Positions 55,297 to 62,228 of a stretch of DNA of 64,000 nt are shown here, piece by piece; the first letter of the stretch is position 1, and the number at the start of each line of letters is the position of its first letter. This DNA is from an uncultured virus (IMG/VR IMGVR_UViG_3300028577_000011) (lineage: Duplodnaviria; Heunggongvirae; Uroviricota; Caudoviricetes), in IMG/VR virus record IMGVR_UViG_3300028577_000011. One strand, given 5' to 3'. The translations under genes and the position numbers were made by a program. The notes beneath the pieces were generated by a model, which was not told the origin of the DNA, made no database searches, and saw only the letters and a list, made by a program, of their open reading frames with translations.

Positions 55297-55779
55297 ATGC
55301 AGACGACGCTCGGCAAGCTGAAGTACGTGATCAGCGAGGTGCTTGAGGCCAACCAGGTGCTCAATCGCCTGCGTGCCGTTGCTGCTGGCAAGAAGCCCTA
55401 CATGGTGGGCCAGTGGGCGACGGTGCCCCGAGATTATTCACAGCCCAGCGTGGGCGTCGCTAGTTGTTGGGTTGCCGAAGACCCCGAGTTGGGCAAGGTG
55501 TACCTGACGTTTAGCTCACACATCACCTACAAGAAGGTCAAGAACAGTCGCCTGCGCGATCCCGGCGGCACCCGCTATGCCTACACCGCGATCCTGTCGT
55601 CGCACCCGTGGGAGACGTTTGAGAACCACGGCAATGTGCCTGTCTTCAAGCTGGCGGCGACGGGTGAAGGCCGCGAGGACGACAAAGCACTGCAGGCGCG
55701 CAAGCAGATGGTGAAGCTGTTCGGCGTCGACCCGATGGCCCACAGGGGCCCACTTGAACCGACGGAGACACGAAGATGA
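55297..55779 (+). CDS. Leader-family protein (MQTTLGKLKYVISEVLE)
   Basis: Leader motif. Confidence 0.65.
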   Translation: MQTTLGKLKYVISEVLEANQVLNRLRAVAAGKKPYMVGQWATVPRDYSQPSVGVASCWVAEDPELGKVYLTFSSHITYKKVKNSRLRDPGGTRYAYTAILSSHPWETFENHGNVPVFKLAATGEGREDDKALQARKQMVKLFGVDPMAHRGPLEPTETRR

Positions 55780-56111
55780 AGACGACAATCAGCAAGCTGA
55801 AGCAGTTGATCAACGAGCACCTGTTGGTCGAGGTACCCGTTGGATCCGGCATGCGCAAGCCGCAGTTCGGCCTGTCGTCGGGAGGCGGTGGTCTCAGGCC
55901 CGCCAAGTTCGATCCTGCAGTGCACGATCTCAAGGACGTCATGTGGGCCGTCATGGACGAGTTTGCGGGCGTTGCCTCTGACCTCGGTGTCGACGACATC
56001 AAGGATCCCGCCTTCATCGGTTACATCGGCGATCAGTTGACTGATAAGGGTGTGCCCAACGACATCATCCTGCAGGTCAAGGCCAAGCTGCAACGCGGGC
56101 AGTCGCGTTAG
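55776..56111 (+). CDS. Leader-family protein (MKTTISKLKQLINE)
   Basis: ATGA overlap; leader motif. Confidence 0.65.
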   Translation: MKTTISKLKQLINEHLLVEVPVGSGMRKPQFGLSSGGGGLRPAKFDPAVHDLKDVMWAVMDEFAGVASDLGVDDIKDPAFIGYIGDQLTDKGVPNDIILQVKAKLQRGQSR

Positions 56112-56165
56112 GGTTGAACATCACGTGCAGTGTGTGTAAGATCATGAACGTGGGGAGGGCAGCAC

Positions 56166-56501
56166 ATGATCAATGAATTGTCACAGGCGAGGTTGTCGCC
56201 CGAGAGTGATGCGTACAAGCGCGTCTATGACCTGCTCGAGGAACACACAGTCTCGTGGGTGACTGACGCGTGGAAGAAGAACCCCACGCTCGATGCCATT
56301 CAACAGCAACCGCTGTACAAAGTGACGCTTGAACAGGTGTTGAATGCGCCCAACGGGCGTAGTCTAAATCCACAAAAAGTACGTGCTCACCTGGCGCTTC
56401 GTGATCAATTCGTGGTGTTGGCAGTCAATGGTGTTGAGGTTTGCGTGTTCGGTGAAGTTGCTGATCAGATCTTCAATGCGTTGGCCGAACATGCGACCTG
56501 A
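56166..56501 (+). CDS. Hypothetical protein
   Basis: TGAAC promoter and GGAGG RBS upstream. Confidence 0.55.
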   Translation: MINELSQARLSPESDAYKRVYDLLEEHTVSWVTDAWKKNPTLDAIQQQPLYKVTLEQVLNAPNGRSLNPQKVRAHLALRDQFVVLAVNGVEVCVFGEVADQIFNALAEHAT

Positions 56502-56694
56502 TCTTGGTGACATTATTCGGTACAAGTTGGGAATGACAAAGGTGAACGGAGAGTGGGTCGAAGAGCTTAGTGATGATTTTGGAACTGTTATTTCGGTTAG
56601 CGATAATGACATCGGAGTGTTTTGGAGCGTTACTCAACGCATTGAACATCACTCTCCGGGTGATCTAGTTGTAGTCGTTCGACGATCCAAGTGA
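56491..56694 (+). CDS. Small SH3-like hypothetical protein (LGDIIRY)
   Basis: Overlaps the upstream stop; beta-strand-rich. Confidence 0.45.
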   Translation: MRPDLGDIIRYKLGMTKVNGEWVEELSDDFGTVISVSDNDIGVFWSVTQRIEHHSPGDLVVVVRRSK

Positions 56695-56700
56695 AGTGCG

Positions 56701-56982
56701 TTAGTTGAAGCGATCGACGACGTTGCCGTCCCGGTCGACGACCAGCCCCGCCTTGTCGAGTGCCAGCCCGATGGCGTGCTCGCTCGCACCCAGCCAGCTG
56801 ACCAGCTCATCGAACGACACCTTGCCCGGTGTCACCCCCTTGGGATCCGTCTTGCGCTTGTTGCGCAGCGAGCTGACGTAGAGGTCTTCCCACGTCGTCC
56901 GCACTTCGTCGGGCGACGGCACCCGCTCGATGTCAATGCTCTCATGGATCAATGAGCGCAGGTGTTTGACTGTCGTCCGCAT
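56701..56982 (-). CDS. Leader-family protein (MRTTVKHLRSLIHES)
   Basis: ATG at 56982 is coupled to the upstream stop; leader motif. Confidence 0.65.
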   Translation of the reverse strand: MRTTVKHLRSLIHESIDIERVPSPDEVRTTWEDLYVSSLRNKRKTDPKGVTPGKVSFDELVSWLGASEHAIGLALDKAGLVVDRDGNVVDRFN

Positions 56983-57866
56983 CAGATCTCGCCGTGCTTC
57001 TTCATGTTCCACGCCACGGCATACGGGTTCTCGACGCCTTTCTGCTTCTTGAGGGCCTTGACGACCTTCTTGCCTCCGGGCGGCGCCACTTCGTCGACCT
57101 TCGACCGCTTGTGTTTGGGGTGAGAAGTGCCTGCGGGCATGTTCGACGTGAAGTCCTCGGCACCGTAGACGATTGACGAACTCTCGTCCGTCAACTTGGC
57201 GTCCGCCTTCGGTCGCGCACAGTCTGGGCAGGTGCAGCCGGCGGCATGGCCCGGGTGGCGTGCGGGGCCGTCGCTTTCCTTGACGGCGCGCTTGGCGCGC
57301 TTGGGTTTTTCGCCTGAGCCACCGCACTTCGGGCACTTCTTGGTGTTTCCCGGCTTGTTTGATGGAGCGAACCCACCACCGTTACACGTCGGACACACGT
57401 CTTCGTCGGGTTCGTACGTGGCAACGCCGTATTTGCCTTCGGCCATGTCGGGCGGCGTCCCCATCCGTCCGCACTGGGTGCACGTCGACTCGTCCATGCC
57501 CATCAGGCCCCCGCACGATTCGCAGGTGGGCTTGTTGATGGGTCCGGGCGTCAGGTCTTCGGCGATCGCACCAGTCGCTCGCACATCTTCTTCGCGTACC
57601 TCGATGTCCCCCGCCGCGGTCGACACCTTGTACCAGAGCTGACTGCGTTGTTTCTTGCCCCCCGGCCGGCCGGGGCCGAACATGTGTGAGGTGACCTGAC
57701 CAGCAACGCGTGCACCGTTGCGCTTGACCATGACGGGTGTTCCTGGTGCGAGGATCGCCCCTCCCCCGTGTGAGTCATAACTCTCCGTGATGGGTTCACC
57801 GAACCTCTCGAGCAGTGACTTCATGATCTTGGCAACGGCGTGTTCACTGAGGGGTTGGCGAGGCAT
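56982..57866 (-). CDS. Modular low-complexity protein with Zn ribbons, possibly internal head protein
   Basis: ATACTTA on the minus strand at 57872-57878; several CxxC pairs; C-terminal NPYAVAW. Confidence 0.6.
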   Translation of the reverse strand: MPRQPLSEHAVAKIMKSLLERFGEPITESYDSHGGGAILAPGTPVMVKRNGARVAGQVTSHMFGPGRPGGKKQRSQLWYKVSTAAGDIEVREEDVRATGAIAEDLTPGPINKPTCESCGGLMGMDESTCTQCGRMGTPPDMAEGKYGVATYEPDEDVCPTCNGGGFAPSNKPGNTKKCPKCGGSGEKPKRAKRAVKESDGPARHPGHAAGCTCPDCARPKADAKLTDESSSIVYGAEDFTSNMPAGTSHPKHKRSKVDEVAPPGGKKVVKALKKQKGVENPYAVAWNMKKHGEI

Positions 57867-57942
57867 GTCGTTAAGTATTCACGTCGTGCCCATGTGGGCA
57901 CGCATCTCTGAACACGGGCGCGGGTGATGATAGAATTGACCC

Positions 57943-58323
57943 ATGGCAAAGCGTAAGGGTTATCGGCCCCGTCACCTGTTGGTCAAGGACTTCACCACGA
58001 TCCTCTTTGCTCACGACCTGATGGGTTTGACGGGCTTGGGCTGTCCCACTGACGAGTACGAGAGCGAGGCGCTGAGCATCGTCGCCCGGATGACGGAGAC
58101 ACAGATGCTCGATGCGGCGTCAGGTGCGTCGGCTGAGGATGCGCTGGCAGTGACCCTCCACATCATCAGGGACGTCTTCGAACTGTGGTTCGGCACCATC
58201 GTCGACGGGGCGAAGGCCCTTGACTTGGCCCGAGTGTTATTGGCTGAGCACGTGGCATCGTACCCCGCGTCTAAGAAGAAGACGGCACCCGTGGCTGATA
58301 CGAGCCCTGAATCAGGTGTATGA
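57943..58323 (+). CDS. Hypothetical protein
   Basis: TGAAC-N17-TAGAAT-N6-ATG; contains PTDEYESEA. Confidence 0.6.
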   Translation: MAKRKGYRPRHLLVKDFTTILFAHDLMGLTGLGCPTDEYESEALSIVARMTETQMLDAASGASAEDALAVTLHIIRDVFELWFGTIVDGAKALDLARVLLAEHVASYPASKKKTAPVADTSPESGV

Positions 58324-58331
58324 TCTGTGAC

Positions 58332-59333
58332 ATGAGCCGCAATGTCTTGATCACGGGTGCAGCGGGGTTTGTCGGCAGTCACCTGTGCAAACACTACCTC
58401 GATGCGGGTGACAGAGTCTGGGGCATCGACAACTTCTGCTCGTCAGACGAGCACTCTGAACACTTGGCGGCACTGAAGGCCCACTCGAACTTCACTTTCT
58501 CCATGGCTGATGTTACCGATGATCACCAAGACTGGTTTTCAATCTTTGAATTTAACATGGATAATGTCAAGTTCGACCTCATCTTAAATTTCGCGTGTCC
58601 CGCCTCTCCTCCGTCATACCAAGACATGCCGGTTTTGACGATGATGACGTGCACACAGGGTACCGCAAACGTGCTCGACCTGGCAGATGAACACGGTGCC
58701 GTCGTCGTCCACGCATCGACCAGTGAGGTGTACGGTGAGCCGCTGGTGTCACCGCAACGCGAAGACTATAGAGGAAATGTAAATCCGTATGGGCCTCGGG
58801 CTTGTTACGACGAGGGTAAACGTGCTGCCGAAGCGCTGTGCTACGACTACTTGCACATGTACGGCGTCGATGCGCGTGTGGTTCGGGTGTTCAACACTTA
58901 TGGGCCGCACCTCGATCAGCACGACGGCCGTGTCATCAGCAACTTCATCAGGCAAGCGTTGCAGGGTGAACCACTGACGGTGTATGGGCACGGCCAGCAG
59001 GGGCGGTCGTTCTGCTACGTTGATGACTTGGTGCGTGGCATCGTCGCGGTGGGTGACCTGCCTGCGAACCCGCAGGGACCCATCAACCTCGGCAACCCTA
59101 ATGAATACAGGGTGATTGAGCTGGCGACGAGGGTGCTTGAGAAGGTCGGTGCACTTGAACGGCACCGCTTGCGCGGCGATCAAATCATCCACAAGCCCAT
59201 GCCCATCGACGACCCGACGCAGAGGTGCCCCGACATCACGCGGGCCAAAGAGCTGCTCGGGTGGGAGCCACGGGTTGGGCTCGACGAGGGCCTAGATCGA
59301 ACGATAGGCTACTTTCGGCGCGTCGTCAGGTGA
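58332..59333 (+). CDS. NAD-dependent epimerase/decarboxylase (UDP-glucuronate decarboxylase-like)
   Basis: TGAAGFVGSHL, ACPASP, STSEVYG, GPRACYDEGKR, RVFNTYGP, DDPTQRCPDI. Confidence 0.88.
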   Translation: MSRNVLITGAAGFVGSHLCKHYLDAGDRVWGIDNFCSSDEHSEHLAALKAHSNFTFSMADVTDDHQDWFSIFEFNMDNVKFDLILNFACPASPPSYQDMPVLTMMTCTQGTANVLDLADEHGAVVVHASTSEVYGEPLVSPQREDYRGNVNPYGPRACYDEGKRAAEALCYDYLHMYGVDARVVRVFNTYGPHLDQHDGRVISNFIRQALQGEPLTVYGHGQQGRSFCYVDDLVRGIVAVGDLPANPQGPINLGNPNEYRVIELATRVLEKVGALERHRLRGDQIIHKPMPIDDPTQRCPDITRAKELLGWEPRVGLDEGLDRTIGYFRRVVR

Positions 59334-59379
59334 GTTCTCCGCACGTGGGTGATACTTAACCACGAAGGAATTCATCACC

Positions 59380-59820
59380 ATGACGATCGATCCGGTTCAA
59401 GTAGCCGCGTATGTTACCGCTGGCGCACTCGCTGCGACGAAGTTGTTTAGTGCGTTTCAACCACTGTGGCAAAAACTGCCGCGGTGGCTCGCTGTCGCCT
59501 TCCCGATCCTCGTGTTGGATCTTCCGCAGGTTGCCGTCTACTTCGGCCATACTGCCACGACGGGATCGCTATCGACAGCGTTGATCGCTTCACTCGCCTT
59601 GCTCGTCCCGGGCGTCGCTGAGGCTGAACTTACGCCGCAGCAGGTGACCGCCGCGAAAATCGCTGCGATTAAATCTGCCGCATCTGACACCGCCGACGCT
59701 GCCCAAGCGACGAAAGACGCCCACGCAATGCCCGTGGGTGAAGGCGCACCGATGCCGGCGACTGTTGCTACGGGTGTCACGGGCACCGCCACTGTCGTGG
59801 TGACGCCGCCGAAGGCATAA
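59380..59820 (+). CDS. Membrane protein (possibly holin-like)
   Basis: Two to three hydrophobic segments; ATACTTA at 59352. Confidence 0.5.
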   Translation: MTIDPVQVAAYVTAGALAATKLFSAFQPLWQKLPRWLAVAFPILVLDLPQVAVYFGHTATTGSLSTALIASLALLVPGVAEAELTPQQVTAAKIAAIKSAASDTADAAQATKDAHAMPVGEGAPMPATVATGVTGTATVVVTPPKA

Positions 59821-59903
59821 GTTCTTACGTAGAGAGTTTGTTGTTGTGTGGTCTCGAAAGAGACCATTCGACGTTAAGGGCGTAGAGTGTTGTACTATGT
59901 ACA

Positions 59904-60203
59904 ATGAGCCTAAGCATCGAACGTGGTCATGAGTTTGAAAGTAATATGTTTCCCGCCGGCATTGGTGCAGCTTATGGCATTGTGATGGAAATTGATTCTA
60001 GCTCTACTCCCGATCGAATCACTGGAAAGTGGTTGATTGGTGACAAACTGCGTAATTTCTGTGCTGTTGCGCACAATGAATTTCACCTTCATCATCCTCA
60101 ATCTGAAATTGGACTGAGTAGGGCGAAGACTATTGGCCAGTGCGACTTTCTGGGTATTGACACAGTCGGCGTTGTCTCAATGTGGTATGAACAGGAAAAG
60201 TGA
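59904..60203 (+). CDS. Hypothetical protein
   Basis: AT-rich ORF behind a TACTAT -10-like element. Confidence 0.45.
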   Translation: MSLSIERGHEFESNMFPAGIGAAYGIVMEIDSSSTPDRITGKWLIGDKLRNFCAVAHNEFHLHHPQSEIGLSRAKTIGQCDFLGIDTVGVVSMWYEQEK

Positions 60204-60418
60204 GGAGAAAATACATGACGAAAAGTTACATATCAGATGTTGATGCGCAACAAGGTGACTTCTATGAAGACACTGAACATCGCGTGTATAAGTGTGTCGC
60301 AAGGTGCGGCATCACTGTGACGGAAGGAAAGACATCATACACAACTTCATGGGAGTGCGTGTCAAAGGATGTTGATCTTGCGCCCGTGGGGCATATGAAA
60401 CAAACTTCACGGCGCTGA
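60200..60418 (+). CDS. Hypothetical protein
   Basis: Co-oriented small ORF. Confidence 0.4.
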   Translation: MRRKYMTKSYISDVDAQQGDFYEDTEHRVYKCVARCGITVTEGKTSYTTSWECVSKDVDLAPVGHMKQTSRR

Positions 60419-60585
60419 CGAAAAATTAACGACCTACGGGGCGCACAATTTCTTGGGCACCCCATAGATCTGGTTAGATGGTCGTGGCTAGCGCTTAAGC
60501 AGAGCGCGCAGCACGATGATCAAAACCAGTAGTGTCTGTAGGTTGTGAATCACGGTGTGTCTCCTTTCTCGAAGGTGGGAGAAAT

Positions 60586-60617
60586 ATCAGGTCAACGGAT
60601 GGTGCCGTTGACCTGAT
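60586..60617. repeat. Perfect 13-bp inverted repeat
   Basis: ATCAGGTCAACGG-ATGGTG-CCGTTGACCTGAT. Confidence 0.8.
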
Positions 60618-60868
60618 GCGTTTGTGGGGAACTATTGCCTTCACAGATCGTAAATAGGTGATGGTTGTCGTATAATACATGTTGGGATGCCTCGTCATGT
60701 TCACGAATTTTCTGTGGGCGGTTTGTGGGCACAGATAACCATTCACATTGATACGTATTCACTCATGCAACAATCCGCTTTCCGTGATACGGGTGCACAC
60801 AGTGATGATCATTCAATGATGTTTGTGCGAAGTGATCTTCTCCACCTCTCCATTGTACGATCCCACCC

Positions 60869-61318
60869 ATGCCCAGCGATTACTTGGTCGTGACTGACGC
60901 AGAACGTGAAAACGCACGCCGCAAGGCGGAGATCATGGCCGCCAACATCATCCGTCGGGGCTGTGCAGGGGACCGCTCGCGCGTGACGGTAGAAAGTGAC
61001 TGCAACCGTGGCCTCATCGTCGAACAGCTCCGCAATCGAGGCGATGAGGCCTGGTGGAACGATCACTGGGAGAAAGCACAAGTGGTCGGCGATGACGGAG
61101 GCATTGACACCCGCGATGGGACTGACCTCAAGGTTATCAGGCCAGGCAATCGCTTCGTGTTTGTGAAGCGTCGCAGTGCCCGCGCGGAGAACTATGAGGC
61201 CTGGGAACTCGACGATGAGTGCATTTTTGCGAGGCGCATGGGCACCTTCACTCGCGGCGACATTCGCGACAACATCTGGGGCGGTGTCAGCGGTGTCCTC
61301 GTCAGTGACCTGAAGTAG
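60869..61318 (+). CDS. Hypothetical protein
   Basis: TACGAT just upstream of the ATG. Confidence 0.55.
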   Translation: MPSDYLVVTDAERENARRKAEIMAANIIRRGCAGDRSRVTVESDCNRGLIVEQLRNRGDEAWWNDHWEKAQVVGDDGGIDTRDGTDLKVIRPGNRFVFVKRRSARAENYEAWELDDECIFARRMGTFTRGDIRDNIWGGVSGVLVSDLK

Positions 61319-61353
61319 TGACCTTCTCCGCCTTTCCGTGGTACAGTCTACTC

Positions 61354-61716
61354 ATGCCCAATGACGACGGCTCCGACGCAGGCCTCCGCCGCACCCACCT
61401 CCTCTACGAACTGTTGATCACCGAGCTCATTGTCGGCAGGAATACGATCGCCGATGAATTGACGAAGTCTAAACTCGACCAAGATCCCTACTACCTGATG
61501 GGCCAAGCCTCCCTCAACGTCGCCCTGCACAGCGCTGCGTCGGCGTTGGAGGATAGCGGCCTGATCGACGAGGATTCGATGCGGTGCCGTGACTGCGGCA
61601 TGCGCTTCGTCGACCACGATGAGGATACGCACAACGAAGACTTGCCCGAGATTCCGGGTGCAGCGACTTCGCCCGAGGGTTCTGCTCCCACCAAGCCGCC
61701 GAGCAAGCTGAACTGA
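61354..61716 (+). CDS. Hypothetical protein
   Basis: TACAGT-N6-ATG; contains CRDCG. Confidence 0.55.
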   Translation: MPNDDGSDAGLRRTHLLYELLITELIVGRNTIADELTKSKLDQDPYYLMGQASLNVALHSAASALEDSGLIDEDSMRCRDCGMRFVDHDEDTHNEDLPEIPGAATSPEGSAPTKPPSKLN

Positions 61717-62225
61717 TGTCTTGTGTTGTTTACGTCATTACCAATCGCGTCAATGGCAAACGATACGTTGGGAAAACGATCCACCAAACTACAAGGTGGG
61801 CAACCCATGTCAGGGCGGCATTTACAAGTGGGTCACAATATGCGATTCATCGCGCGATCCGTAAACACGGAAAAGAGAATTTTGACTTTCAGGTCGTCAG
61901 TGAGCACGCCACTGAAGAGGAAGCGTTTATCGAAGAAACTCGGTTGATCCGAGAGTTGAATACGACTAAACTGGGCTACAATATGAACGAGGGTGGGAAA
62001 GGTGGTATTTCACCGACCGAAGAGGTCAGACAAAAAATCGTTCTAAAAGCCACTGGTCGGAAGCAAAGCGCTGAACAACGACAACAGGAGAGTGAACGGA
62101 CGACCGGATCAGGAAACCCGATGTACGGTCGTAAACAGAAGCCTGAAACGCTTGAGAAGATGCGTATCAAACGTCTTGAATATTGGGCGAAGCGACGAGC
62201 TGAACGTACGTCTAAGGTACAATAA
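61716..62225 (+). CDS. GIY-YIG homing endonuclease with NUMOD3-like repeats
   Basis: VVYVITNRVNGKRYVGKT, GYNMNEGG, GNPMYGRKQKPET. Confidence 0.9.
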   Translation: MSCVVYVITNRVNGKRYVGKTIHQTTRWATHVRAAFTSGSQYAIHRAIRKHGKENFDFQVVSEHATEEEAFIEETRLIRELNTTKLGYNMNEGGKGGISPTEEVRQKIVLKATGRKQSAEQRQQESERTTGSGNPMYGRKQKPETLEKMRIKRLEYWAKRRAERTSKVQ

Positions 62226-62228
62226 AAC

